From Spirochaetia bacterium (GTDB taxonomy: Bacteria > Spirochaetota > Spirochaetia > UBA9216): 64,000 nucleotides of DNA. The stretch covers positions 2,304,001 through 2,368,000 of the forward strand of contig OY776510.1 in the NCBI GenBank assembly GCA_963675665.1, written 5' to 3'. Under the pieces are notes generated by a model, which saw only the letters and a list, made by a program, of their open reading frames with translations, was not told the DNA's origin and ran no database searches. Position numbers and translations under genes: made by a program. Below, piece by piece: positions 8,501 through 18,959 of the stretch (positions are counted from its first letter, which is position 1; every line of letters begins with the position of its first letter).

Positions 8501-10898
8501 GGATTGAAACTTCCCTCTTGTCGATGTCAACTACATCATATCTGGTCGCTCCCTTCGCGGGAGCGTGGATTGAAACCGTATTCTTAAATTAAGTATTATG
8601 CGTGAAATTCGTCGCTCCCTTCGCGGGAGCGTGGATTGAAACCAAGCAAAAGATGTTTTGCTGTACAGGATGAGGAGTCGCTCCCTTCGCGGGAGCGTGG
8701 ATTGAAACACTGCATCATTGCCGTGGCAGCAAAGAGGAACTGGTCGCTCCCTTCGCGGGAGCGTGGATTGAAACGATGCAAAATGTAATAGTCTCGGAAG
8801 TACTACAAAGTCGCTCCCTTCGCGGGAGCGTGGATTGAAACGTTGCTTGATATGATGTCTAAAAACTCGATAGGCAGTCGCTCCCTTCGCGGGAGCGTGG
8901 ATTGAAACTCACCGACTGCTAACGTTGCACAGCTAATTCTCAAGTCGCTCCCTTCGCGGGAGCGTGGATTGAAACTGGTATAACGCAAGTATTGAATTAG
9001 GCAAACAAGTCGCTCCCTTCGCGGGAGCGTGGATTGAAACGGAATTACTCCGAAAAGTGGAAATGGAATAATAAAGTCGCTCCCTTCGCGGGAGCGTGGA
9101 TTGAAACCAGACCAGCAAACTGCAAACTAATATCCTCATCCCCTGAGTCGCTCCCTTCGCGGGAGCGTGGATTGAAACACGCTCACAATGTCGGACGAGG
9201 CACTTGTCAGGCGTCGCTCCCTTCGCGGGAGCGTGGATTGAAACACTATATCAGTACGGACACAGGAAGGGTTACGATTGTCGCTCCCTTCGCGGGAGCG
9301 TGGATTGAAACTTCTGTGCAATCAAAAGGCTTGAAAACTTCGTCGGTCGCTCCCTTCGCGGGAGCGTGGATTGAAACCAGTTCTTTTCCAAGATGATACC
9401 TGAAAATAAAGTCGCTCCCTTCGCGGGAGCGTGGATTGAAACGCTGCATCAAGCACGGCCTGAGTCATGCCGGTGTGTCGCTCCCTTCGCGGGAGCGTGG
9501 ATTGAAACTCAATTTGAGAGCAATGCGGCAAATGAAAGCGTAAGTCGCTCCCTTCGCGGGAGCGTGGATTGAAACATGAGGCAGGGAAAAGGCAGGGCTT
9601 TAAACTCAGGTCGCTCCCTTCGCGGGAGCGTGGATTGAAACTTCCCAGTAGTCAAGCACCTTTGCAATGTCGTCGGTCGCTCCCTTCGCGGGAGCGTGGA
9701 TTGAAACTTTAATCCATTTTTTAATCTGTTCGTTTGTCATAGTCGCTCCCTTCGCGGGAGCGTGGATTGAAACGCGGATATAATGACGTTAAACAGTATG
9801 TGCATTGGTCGCTCCCTTCGCGGGAGCGTGGATTGAAACTTCTTTGAAGCGTACAGGCATTATAACCCCGCTTGTCGCTCCCTTCGCGGGAGCGTGGATT
9901 GAAACAGAACTTGTATACCAGCTAAACGTTGGAGAATCCCGTCGCTCCCTTCGCGGGAGCGTGGATTGAAACACTTGTATTGCGAGTAGCGCCGTAGATT
10001 TAACTAGTCGCTCCCTTCGCGGGAGCGTGGATTGAAACTTGAGTATGTGGAAGCCAACCCCCCGGATGCTCAGGTCGCTCCCTTCGCAAGGGAGCGTGGA
10101 TTGAAACTTGATATAGTCAATTTCTTTCTGTAACAATGGCAAGTCGCTCCCTTCGCGGGAGCGTGGATTGAAACATACCATTCAACTAAAATATTTTCAT
10201 CTTCTACGTCGCTCCCTTCGCGGGAGCGTGGATTGAAACTCTTAATGAGTTTTTATTAAGCCGTTTTAAACAAGTCGCTCCCTTCGCGGGAGCGTGGATT
10301 GAAACCCAACTCCTCCGCGTGAATAAACAACCATAACAAGTCGCTCCCTTCGCGGGAGCGTGGATTGAAACATACAATACCCGCTGTCCATGTATTTATC
10401 ACCGTGTCGCTCCCTTCGCGGGAGCGTGGATTGAAACCGAATTACATATCTTTCACTCATACTGTTTTCCTGTCGCTCCCTTCGCGGGAGCGTGGATTGA
10501 AACATGCTGTCAAGTTTTAACTTTGCTGCTGCCAATAGTCGCTCCCTTCGCGGGAGCGTGGATTGAAACCCGGAGCGTTTGCCGCAATAGTTTCTGTGGT
10601 GAAGTCGCTCCCTTCGCGGGAGCGTGGATTGAAACGGAACTATTCCGAAAAATGGAAATGGAATAATAAGTCGCTCCCTTCGCGGGAGCGTGGATTGAAA
10701 CCTATAGTTTAGCGACGAATGCATAAAGTAATCTAGTCGCTCCCTTCGCGGGAGCGTGGATTGAAACCTTATCAAGATTAAACAGACCACACAAGCTGTT
10801 AGTCGCTCCCTTCGCGGGAGCGTGGATTGAAACTCAAGATCAATATCTGTACGGAGAGGGAACAAGGTCGCTCCCTTCGCGGGAGCGTGGATTGAAAT
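5555..10898 (+). CRISPR. Type I-C CRISPR array, 81 repeats / 80 spacers (manual count)
   Basis: 32-bp repeat GTCGCTCCCTTCGCGGGAGCGTGGATTGAAAC. Spacers are mostly 33-36 bp (one is 39 bp). One repeat has an AA insertion (10074-10107), and the terminal repeat at 10867 ends GAAAT. Confidence 0.99.
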
Positions 10899-11066
10899 CT
10901 CCCAAACAGCATCAGCAATATCATCAATCGGTATAAATAAAAAAAGGGGTCCGGGTTGGGCCTTATCCTCTGCAGGGAATTTATTGAAAAGCATCAGAGA
11001 ACCATAACAGTCGAAAGCGCCGGGGGAAAGGGTTCTGTTTTTACTTTCAGGATTCCGTCGCAGTAA
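10899..11066 (+). pseudogene. Remnant C-terminus (HATPase_c G2 box) of a sensor histidine kinase
   Basis: 10941-11066 translates KKGSGLGLILCREFIEKHQRTITVESAGGKGSVFTFRIPSQ*. The upstream part appears frameshifted at a poly-A run and has no start. Confidence 0.8.
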
Positions 11067-11171
11067 ACCTTGAAACAGTATTGAAGTATAACTCATTATT
11101 AACTTTTCAGTCGCCGGAATGGATGATAAACTTACTGCACCCCTGTTTTTCGGGACAGGACCGGAGGGAAG

Positions 11172-12668
11172 ATGAAAAAAAGAGAAGCGTTATTGTTTCT
11201 GCCTGTATTAATAATTCTGATAATTACCGGCTGCACGACGACCGGGCGCGGGGCCCCGGAATCAGGATATTCATGGAACGACGGTCCTTACCTGATCCAG
11301 TCGGGGCCTGCAGGCAGTTCGGTAACCGTCTGCTGGATAACTTCCGGGGTAAAAGATTCTGTATTGAAATGGGGGTCTTCCGGGTCCGAACTGATAAATA
11401 CAGAGGTTTCCCGGGATTCCCGGGTCCATTCGGTCATGCTGGATAATCTTCTTCCCGGCAGCGAATACTTCTATTCCGTCGATGAGGATCTTTTTCTGTA
11501 CGGGAAGAACAGGGTTTTCAGTTTTTCAACCCCGCCTGCTGTGCCGGAGGACGGTCCGCTTGAATTTATTATTGCCGGAGATCTTCAACCGAAAAACGTG
11601 TATACCCTGAAAACAAACAGGGTTGTTGCCGAACAGATTGCAGCCGAGGACCCAGATTTTATCATTCAGGTGGGCGATGCCGTGCAGATCGGAAGTTCGC
11701 CGGACGACTGGCATTTGCTGATGCATTCTCTGCCGCTCATGGCTTCGGAACGGCCGTTAATTCCCGCTGTCGGCAACCATGAGTATTATCTTTTTCATAA
11801 CAACGGAAGTTTCAGGTCCGTTTTTCCCTATGATTTTGCCGACGACGGAAGCTGTTATTATTCGCTGGATATAGGCGAGGTCCATATTACGGTTCTGGAT
11901 CCTTACGAGGGCGGGCCTGCGGGGCTTAATTCAAAGATGGGCCGAAAACAGAAGGAATGGTTTGTTTCGGATCTTGAAAATGCAGTAGAGAAAAACGCCG
12001 GATGGATCTTTGTGGTTATTCACCAGACGGTGCTGACCAGCGGAGAGTTTCATGACGACGTCAAACTCAGAAAATGGATCCTTCCGATTCTGTCCGACTA
12101 TGATGTCGATGCCGCCTTCTGGGGCCATACGCATTTTTATGAACACTGGAGATATCAGTACGGAAAAAACGGATACCTGCTGAATGCCGGCGACAAAGCA
12201 GGGAGGAACCCTATAGACTATTTTGTTATAGGCACCTCCGGGGCAAGCCTGGAAAGCAACTACGACCTTCTTACGCACCGCCCGTTTACTGATGAATCGC
12301 ACCAATGGTACAACCTAGCCTCCGGACAAATGGAGGATATCGACACAATACAGTATCCATGGGACACAGGCGTCTTTTTTGCCGGGGTGATGGGTGTCAA
12401 TCAGTTTAATGATACCGATCTTCATTATTACCAGTTGCCTTTTGATGAAGACGGCGGCTATTCGGATGATCCGTCAATTTCGTATGCAACTGATAACGAG
12501 TGGTTCGGTTATCAATACGGAGAGAACACCCTGAATTACGCGAAAATGTCTATATCTGGGGACGAATGCCGTATTTCAATTCACTACCCTGACGGCAGCA
12601 TTATTGCCGGTCCCGACGGTTCAATACCCCAGGTTTTTACGCTGCATAAAAAGACAAGAAACAAGTAA
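11172..12668 (+). CDS. Purple-acid-phosphatase-like metallophosphoesterase, probable lipoprotein
   Basis: Lipobox IITGC, FN3-like N-terminal region, and GDLQ, GDAV, GNHE, GHTH motifs. Confidence 0.85.
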   Translation: MKKREALLFLPVLIILIITGCTTTGRGAPESGYSWNDGPYLIQSGPAGSSVTVCWITSGVKDSVLKWGSSGSELINTEVSRDSRVHSVMLDNLLPGSEYFYSVDEDLFLYGKNRVFSFSTPPAVPEDGPLEFIIAGDLQPKNVYTLKTNRVVAEQIAAEDPDFIIQVGDAVQIGSSPDDWHLLMHSLPLMASERPLIPAVGNHEYYLFHNNGSFRSVFPYDFADDGSCYYSLDIGEVHITVLDPYEGGPAGLNSKMGRKQKEWFVSDLENAVEKNAGWIFVVIHQTVLTSGEFHDDVKLRKWILPILSDYDVDAAFWGHTHFYEHWRYQYGKNGYLLNAGDKAGRNPIDYFVIGTSGASLESNYDLLTHRPFTDESHQWYNLASGQMEDIDTIQYPWDTGVFFAGVMGVNQFNDTDLHYYQLPFDEDGGYSDDPSISYATDNEWFGYQYGENTLNYAKMSISGDECRISIHYPDGSIIAGPDGSIPQVFTLHKKTRNK

Positions 12669-12826
12669 TTGGCCGCGGATTACACGAATGTGTATTGGGT
12701 AAGGGCCGGGAGAGATTTAAGAGAGAAATACCAGGGGGCCCTTTGGTTTTCTGAAATTCTCCTTAAAGTTTTTTCTAAACTTCATCTTTTATTGATTAAT
12801 AATCGCTTGCTAATTAATATTGAATT

Positions 12827-13921
12827 ATGAGCAAAGCCGGATTTTTTTACTTCAAGGGACTGCTGAACAGATTGATTATTATACTGAGGGCTTACTGGAA
12901 AGGCCGGCGGTATCTGGAAACGATATTTTATGCTGTTGTTTTTATTCCTCTGCATTACTTTATGCAATTGCTGTTCAGGCTGGATAATATTTTTTACCGC
13001 GATATAAAGAATACTGAAGTCCGGGAACCGATTATAGTAATAGGTCACCCTCGCAGCGGCACTACATCACTTCAAAATTATATTGCCCAAACAGGCGAAG
13101 TGGCATTCAGTACTTTTCAAACACTTCTTTTTCCCTCGATTTTGATGCGGAAACTTCTTACGCCTGCAGCCATGCTGTTTAATAAATTCAATATCCTGGA
13201 CTCCGAGAAAAAAGGTCACCGCATGGAACTTTTCAGCATTGAGGAAGACGAGGGGCTTTTTCTCCATTCCCTGAATACTGAAATTCTGACAATTTTTTGT
13301 CCGTGGCTTCTTTTAAATCCCGAAACCAGGAAAAAGGGGATCAGGGCAGGTTGGCATGACTTTAACGGTGAAGAAAGCGATATGCCTTTTTTCAGGGAGT
13401 ATCTCAAGAGGCAGCTGGTAACACAGAAAAAGAGACGGGTGCTTTTAAAAACAAACCCGTCGGTTTTGCGCATACAGAAAATTCTGAAATATTTTCCCGA
13501 TGCAAAATTTGTTTATATATACCGTGACCCTGTGGAGACAATCCCGTCTTTTTTTTCAATGCATTACAATTTTATAAATGAACGTTTGACAGAAAATGAG
13601 TTGAATACTTATTTTACTCATAAATACAAATATTCATTTATGTTGTATCACTATTTTGAAAAAATTAGTAAAAAGATTCCTGCCGAACAGTTGCTGTCTG
13701 TGGAGTTTGAAGAACTCAAGAATGATCCGGGTTCTCTTATGAAAAAAATATCCGATTTTACCCGACTCGCTATGTCCGAATCATACCAGGAATATATGGA
13801 AAATAGAAGCCTGCAGAAGCATCAGAAGAAACACCGTAATTTGGATTTCAGCTTTTTCGGAATATCACCAGAGGCGATAAAAAAGGATTTTGGAAAGATT
13901 AGGGCAAAGTACAGCTGCTGA
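12827..13921 (+). CDS. Sulfotransferase family protein
   Basis: PAPS-binding GHPRSGTT, LLKTNP, and YIYRDPVETIPS motifs. Confidence 0.85.
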   Translation: MSKAGFFYFKGLLNRLIIILRAYWKGRRYLETIFYAVVFIPLHYFMQLLFRLDNIFYRDIKNTEVREPIIVIGHPRSGTTSLQNYIAQTGEVAFSTFQTLLFPSILMRKLLTPAAMLFNKFNILDSEKKGHRMELFSIEEDEGLFLHSLNTEILTIFCPWLLLNPETRKKGIRAGWHDFNGEESDMPFFREYLKRQLVTQKKRRVLLKTNPSVLRIQKILKYFPDAKFVYIYRDPVETIPSFFSMHYNFINERLTENELNTYFTHKYKYSFMLYHYFEKISKKIPAEQLLSVEFEELKNDPGSLMKKISDFTRLAMSESYQEYMENRSLQKHQKKHRNLDFSFFGISPEAIKKDFGKIRAKYSC

Positions 13922-13955
13922 AAACAGAGGGCCGGCTGAGCAGGGATGTATTCAC

Positions 13956-14009
13956 AGCTTCTGGCAGATGCCGCAAAAGTATACGCTTACGCCCATGTAT
14001 GCTGCTTTT
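13956..14009. repeat. Left direct repeat (displaced 3' end of the nei-like gene)
   Basis: 51/54 identical to 43961-44014. The minus strand reads KAAYMGVSVYFCGICQKL* (13952-14008). Confidence 0.9.
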
Positions 14010-14168
14010 CCTGTAAAGCAATGAAGCAGACAAGGTTTTCAGAAAGAAACGCTCTAAATAATCTGTATTGAAGAATTAGTGCTGATTCTATTAATTGACA
14101 GTTTCAGAAATAACAGTTAGATTAAATTGGTCGATTAGTTGATTAGAAGCATAGAATGGGTGGTGTTG

Positions 14169-14894
14169 ATGAAACTGGACCCCTTTACAGAAATAGATGT
14201 TCCGAAAATCTCAGATTTAATAATCCGGCAAATTCTTAATCTTATGCATAACGGGGCATTGCAGCCTGGTGATAAACTTCCTTCGGAACTTCAGTTGCAG
14301 AAATCGCTTGGTGTTGCAAAACAGCAGCTTAAGGCTGCTTTTAAAAAGCTTGAGCTGTACGGAGTTCTTGAAACAAAACCGCAAAGCGGTTCCTTTATTG
14401 CTAATATGGAGTCTAAAATCCTCTGCGGATTGATTTCAAATATTCTGGACATTGAAGATACTCTTGATCCTGTGTCGGTGATGGATACTCGTATGGTTCT
14501 TGAATTAAGAGCAGTTGAGCTTGCTGCAGACCGAATGACAGAGCAGGAGCTTGATAGCGTCAAGAAGGCAAATGACATCTTTTTAAGTAAATCCAGAATA
14601 GAAAAAAGAGCAATCGAAGATGATATATACTTTCATCTCGAAATTGTTAAATATTCTCACAGTACAGCTTTGATTGCTCTTTTCTCCTTTATTACCAGGC
14701 AGATAGTGGATATCTGGAAACAAATGGATGTTTTCAGTAAGGATAAAACCAGAAAAAGAATTAAGGAAACATACTCGGAACATGTACAGATAATTAAATA
14801 TTTGGAGAAACGGGATGTCTCCGGAAGCGTGGAAGCAATGAGAATTCATTTACTGAATGTATGTAAAGACACTGAAGCCCTGAGGAGATGTTAA
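14169..14894 (+). CDS. GntR/FadR family transcriptional regulator
   Basis: N-terminal LQPGDKLPSE wHTH and FCD domain (FHLEIV, EH..I). Confidence 0.9.
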   Translation: MKLDPFTEIDVPKISDLIIRQILNLMHNGALQPGDKLPSELQLQKSLGVAKQQLKAAFKKLELYGVLETKPQSGSFIANMESKILCGLISNILDIEDTLDPVSVMDTRMVLELRAVELAADRMTEQELDSVKKANDIFLSKSRIEKRAIEDDIYFHLEIVKYSHSTALIALFSFITRQIVDIWKQMDVFSKDKTRKRIKETYSEHVQIIKYLEKRDVSGSVEAMRIHLLNVCKDTEALRRC

Positions 14895-15979
14895 TGGAAG
14901 TGCGTGTAAAAAGAGAGGATTTAATCGCATATATTTCAGAAATATTTGTAGCTAAGGGGTTGAATGCTGCTGATGCAGGAATAATTGCAGATGTTCTTGT
15001 TGCTGCTGATTCAAGGGGTATTCCCTCGCATGGAATCGGCCGTTTATGGCGGTATCTTGCCGGAATTGATAAAGGTGTAATGAAACTTGATGCTATTCCG
15101 GAACCGGTATATGATACTTCAGTTTCGCTGGTCGTAGATGCTAAAGGTGTAATGGGACCTCCTGTAAGCTACAGAACAATGAAAGCTACTATAGAAAAAG
15201 CTGAAGAAAGCGGGTTGGCATTTTCCTGTGTACGAGATTCAAATCATTTTGGAATTGCCGGGTATTATGCGATGATGGCTATGGATTCTGATATGATCGG
15301 TTTCTGTATGACAAACACCGCAGCTCTTGGTGTTCCTACTTTCGGTAGAAACGTGATGTTCGGAACTAATCCTCTTGCTGTGGCGGTTCCATCATTAACA
15401 GAAATCCCTTATGTTCTCGATATGTCTACAACGGTTGTCTCCCGCGGAAAAATAGAGGTGTATGAGCGGAATGGGGAAGAGCTTCCTGCAGGTTGGGCTG
15501 TAAATGAAAAGGGCTTGAGCGCTGTTGAACCTGGCCCGTTGCTTGAAAATATGCTGTTTCGCAGGGGGGGCGGAATTATGCCTCTGGGCGGTGAAGGTGA
15601 GGCTTTTGGAGGTTATAAAGGATACGGGTTGGCACTTTTTGTGGATATAATGACCGCTGTTCTTTCGGGAGCTGATTTTGGTCCCGACGTAGCCGATTCG
15701 CAGGAAACTTCTGCAAGGGTATCGCATTTCTTCGGGGCAATGAAAATATCCCGCTTTCGTGAAGTCGAAAGTTTCAAATCAGATATGGATAAAATGCTAA
15801 GACAGTTGAAAAAATCTCAACCGGCAGAAGGACAAACCCGTGTTTATTATCCCGGATTGAAAGAAGCCGAGAATGAGATTAATGCTGCTTCAAAAGGAGT
15901 TCTGTTAAGTAAAAAGATTTGGGCTTCCGTTACAGGCTTCGGCGACGGGTTAAATGTTAAAAGACCGAAAATAATCTAA
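14894..15979 (+). CDS. Ldh_2 family NAD(P)-dependent oxidoreductase
   Basis: RGIPSHG, SNHFGIAGYY, FGTNPLA, GGYKGYGL motifs. Confidence 0.9.
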   Translation: MEVRVKREDLIAYISEIFVAKGLNAADAGIIADVLVAADSRGIPSHGIGRLWRYLAGIDKGVMKLDAIPEPVYDTSVSLVVDAKGVMGPPVSYRTMKATIEKAEESGLAFSCVRDSNHFGIAGYYAMMAMDSDMIGFCMTNTAALGVPTFGRNVMFGTNPLAVAVPSLTEIPYVLDMSTTVVSRGKIEVYERNGEELPAGWAVNEKGLSAVEPGPLLENMLFRRGGGIMPLGGEGEAFGGYKGYGLALFVDIMTAVLSGADFGPDVADSQETSARVSHFFGAMKISRFREVESFKSDMDKMLRQLKKSQPAEGQTRVYYPGLKEAENEINAASKGVLLSKKIWASVTGFGDGLNVKRPKII

Positions 15980-15985
15980 TTTGTT

Positions 15986-16909
15986 TTATATCTGAAGTTT
16001 GTTTTTGTTTTTTATTATGATCCTGCATCCGTACAGCAGAGTCAGGCCGCCGGTAATTTGAATCAGGTTTATTGTTTCCCCGAAAAAAAAGTACGAGAGA
16101 ATCCCTGTAGCGAATGGTACAAGTAATTGTACAGATGCTGCAATAATGATCCCGATTCTCGGAAGCAGGTAGTAGTATAATCCCTGTCCGCCGGCAATAC
16201 CCAGAAGGCCGGATCCGATTAATACGGTCCACTTCAATATCCCGGGGTTGCCGATAACAGCTTCCCCGGTCAGAAATGCAAAAGGTGTCAGTATTATCGA
16301 AACCATACTGAAGATAATTGTTACTATCAGAACAGGGGGCAGATGATCGGTAAGCCACATCCGGGTAGTAAGTCCTACGAAAGACCATGAGACAGCCGCA
16401 AGAAGAGCCATAAACACTCCTGCATTCATAGAGAAACCTACCTTTTCATCCTTAAATAAAATAACTGCAAGGGCGCCTGAGACTGCCATCACGATGGCAG
16501 TTATGGTTGTTCCGGATTTCAGCAGTTTTCTTTCTGCTGTAATAAAGATTGCTCCCGTTAAAAGAGAAAAAACAGCCTGTGACTGGTACAGAAGTATACC
16601 AAAAGCCGGTTGAATCAGAAAAAAACAGTATGTGTAAAACAATTGAAACGATATTGTACAGATGGCAATAACCAACATTCTGCTTAAGAAATAACCTGAT
16701 TTCTGCTTTATTATTGAAAGTTCTAGTCTGAGTTTTTTATTGATTATTACTACTGCCCATAGCACAGCAGAGGAGCTGAGGTAACGCAACCATACCTGGA
16801 AAGTCAGGGAAAAGTCCGCTTTAACCCATGCAATAGTTACCGGTGTAATAGCCCAGAAGAGAACCATGCCGGTAATAGGGACGATATCGGAAAATCTTCT
16901 TTTATTCAT
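15986..16909 (-). CDS. DMT/EamA family transporter
   Basis: About 10 hydrophobic helices in two repeats; FFGETINLIQITGGL. Confidence 0.85.
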   Translation of the reverse strand: MNKRRFSDIVPITGMVLFWAITPVTIAWVKADFSLTFQVWLRYLSSSAVLWAVVIINKKLRLELSIIKQKSGYFLSRMLVIAICTISFQLFYTYCFFLIQPAFGILLYQSQAVFSLLTGAIFITAERKLLKSGTTITAIVMAVSGALAVILFKDEKVGFSMNAGVFMALLAAVSWSFVGLTTRMWLTDHLPPVLIVTIIFSMVSIILTPFAFLTGEAVIGNPGILKWTVLIGSGLLGIAGGQGLYYYLLPRIGIIIAASVQLLVPFATGILSYFFFGETINLIQITGGLTLLYGCRIIIKNKNKLQI

Positions 16910-16914
16910 TGAAA

Positions 16915-17769
16915 TTAAAATTTAAGATATGAAAGAGCCTGTTTTGTTTTATTAAGTCTGTTCACTACCGAGTCGCCCATTTGTATTGTAACTGCAATAT
17001 AGATCATATCAAGAAACATGTTTTGTACATGACGCGCCATCATAGCATCAGTTCGGTAATTCAGTTCTTCTGTATGTGATATAAGACAAACATCAGCAAG
17101 CTGTCCTAAAGTAGATTTTGCAGATCCTGTTATTGCTATTACTTTGGCTACAGGTTTCGATTCCTGAGCAGGTACAATCACATCTTTTGTAAGTCCTGAG
17201 AAAGAAATGCAAATCAGCAAATCTCCATCTTTTGGTTCAGTGAGCAGCATTGTATTAAAATGGCTGTCAGGACTGTAAAAACAGTTAAAGCCGAGACGTG
17301 TGAATTTGAATTTAGCGTTTTCACACATATATCCTGATTGTCCAAAGCCAAGAAAAATTATTCTCTTGGCTTTGAATATCAGATCGACCGCTTTTTCCAG
17401 AGAATTGTCATCAATCAGTGAATAATTGTCATGCAGAGTTTTTATAATTCCATTATAAATTTTTTCTTTTACCGTTGAGACATTGTCGTTTTCAGTCAAC
17501 TCGGAGTAAGCATGATAAAATGATTTGCCTGCAATTTCTGTTGCCAACGCAACCTTGAAATCATGATAACCGGAGAATCCCAGAATCCTGTAGAAACGCA
17601 CTATGGATGATTCACTTTTATTGCCGGTAGCTTCAGCAAGATCTGAAATAGACATTCGTATTACCTGGGATGAGTTTTTGCGAATGAAATCCGCAATCTT
17701 CTGTTGCATCTTTGTGAGTTCATCATACTTTTCGTTTATCTTGGCTAAAACAGGCGTATTAGTTGGCAT
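16915..17769 (-). CDS. RpiR/MurR family regulator (HTH + SIS)
   Basis: SIVRFYRILGFSGYHDFK; SIS motifs GFGQS and ISFSG. Confidence 0.92.
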   Translation of the reverse strand: MPTNTPVLAKINEKYDELTKMQQKIADFIRKNSSQVIRMSISDLAEATGNKSESSIVRFYRILGFSGYHDFKVALATEIAGKSFYHAYSELTENDNVSTVKEKIYNGIIKTLHDNYSLIDDNSLEKAVDLIFKAKRIIFLGFGQSGYMCENAKFKFTRLGFNCFYSPDSHFNTMLLTEPKDGDLLICISFSGLTKDVIVPAQESKPVAKVIAITGSAKSTLGQLADVCLISHTEELNYRTDAMMARHVQNMFLDMIYIAVTIQMGDSVVNRLNKTKQALSYLKF

Positions 17770-17816
17770 AACAATAATATGATATGTTATAAAAGCTTAT
17801 CTGTAAACCCGAATAT

Positions 17817-18258
17817 AAGAAATTATTTCTTTTGCTCAATTGGAAAATTTAGAAATATTTTCTTATATTACCGATTTTTAAAAACTTATTAGCATATTGC
17901 GCCAGCGATGATATACTTCTCCGGTAAAATTCTTTGAAATCATAAGAAATTTTTTTCTATAATATTTTTTAGATTGAGATTAATATTTATTTTTACTCTG
18001 ATCATAAAGGCAATTTTTTTATAATTTATTGCATCACGATTATAAATAATTATATTACAAGAAATTACAATAAAGATGTTTTGAACCGTCGAGTTTCTGC
18101 TTTTTTGTAACCTCACGAGATAAGAATAATCCTGGACATTAATTATGTTTTGAGAGGAAATTATTTCTATTCTTATTAAAAAAATACCTAAAAAAGAAAT
18201 AATTTCCCTTGACATCACGCTATTTTATGATAATCTATTAAAAAAGGAAAAAATTTCT
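17817..18258. promoter_or_regulatory. Divergent control region with repeated (A/G)GAAA-N3-4-TTTC(T/C) palindromes and promoter
   Basis: Sites at 17817, 17851, 17945, 18156, 18195 and 18246. TTGACA 18209, extended -10 TGaTAATCT 18228. Confidence 0.65.
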
Positions 18259-18281
18259 TTTTTTAATAATTCGGAGGCACA

Positions 18282-18959
18282 ATGCTTATAGAACTTTCAT
18301 ATCCTTTATCGGAGGATTCTCCCGTATATCCGGGGAGTCCTGCAGAACGATTCAGGGCTATTAACAGGATTAGTAATGGTGATGATTGCAATACTACAGT
18401 AATAGAACATTATATTCATGCCGGAACACATGTTGATGCGCCTTTCCATTTTTCAGCTACAGGAAAGACTATTGATCTGCTTCCGATTGAAGATTTCTGT
18501 TATGAAAGAGTAGCTCTGGTTGATTGTCCGCTTGAAAAGTCGGGTCTTGTAAGCAGAAATCAAATTAAAAATTGCCCCGATGCTGAAAATGCTGAAATTT
18601 TATTCCTTGATACAGGTTACGCATCAAGGAGAGGAAAAAAGAAAGAATATTGTGATGATTTTCCGGCTCTGTCGGAGGAAGCTGCATTGTTTATAAGGAC
18701 GGAACTGTTGAATGTGAAGGCTGTAGCAATAGACAGCCTGAGTATTGAAAGCGCTGTTTTGGGGGCTGTAAACGGATTTTCAGTACACCGGACCCTGCTT
18801 GACCCGGGTGTCTCGGAAGCTCGTCCGGTGATTATATTTGAAGATGTCAATATTGAGCTTCTTCGGGGTAAAAATGTCTTAAGGGTTTATGCTTTTCCTC
18901 TTAGGCTGAAGGGTGTAGACGGCTCTCCGGTAAATATTGTTGCGGAGGTTCAAGTATGA
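18282..18959 (+). CDS. Cyclase family metal-dependent hydrolase (kynurenine formamidase-like)
   Basis: HAGTHVDAPFHF and DGSPV motifs. Confidence 0.9.
   Translation: MLIELSYPLSEDSPVYPGSPAERFRAINRISNGDDCNTTVIEHYIHAGTHVDAPFHFSATGKTIDLLPIEDFCYERVALVDCPLEKSGLVSRNQIKNCPDAENAEILFLDTGYASRRGKKKEYCDDFPALSEEAALFIRTELLNVKAVAIDSLSIESAVLGAVNGFSVHRTLLDPGVSEARPVIIFEDVNIELLRGKNVLRVYAFPLRLKGVDGSPVNIVAEVQV

Noticed and set aside
5587-10866. Self-targeting spacers within the window
   Set aside because: None recognised by eye. An exhaustive alignment was not possible, so this is not excluded.
5596-11096. Many ORFs with repeating peptides (FQSTLPRRER, VSIHAPAKGAT, FNPRSREGSD)
   Set aside because: They are translations of CRISPR repeats, not proteins.
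11172-13921. Phosphoesterase plus sulfotransferase as a CRISPR-linked or defence module
   Set aside because: Separated from the array by a kinase remnant. The phosphoesterase is an exported lipoprotein, and nothing in the sequence links them functionally.
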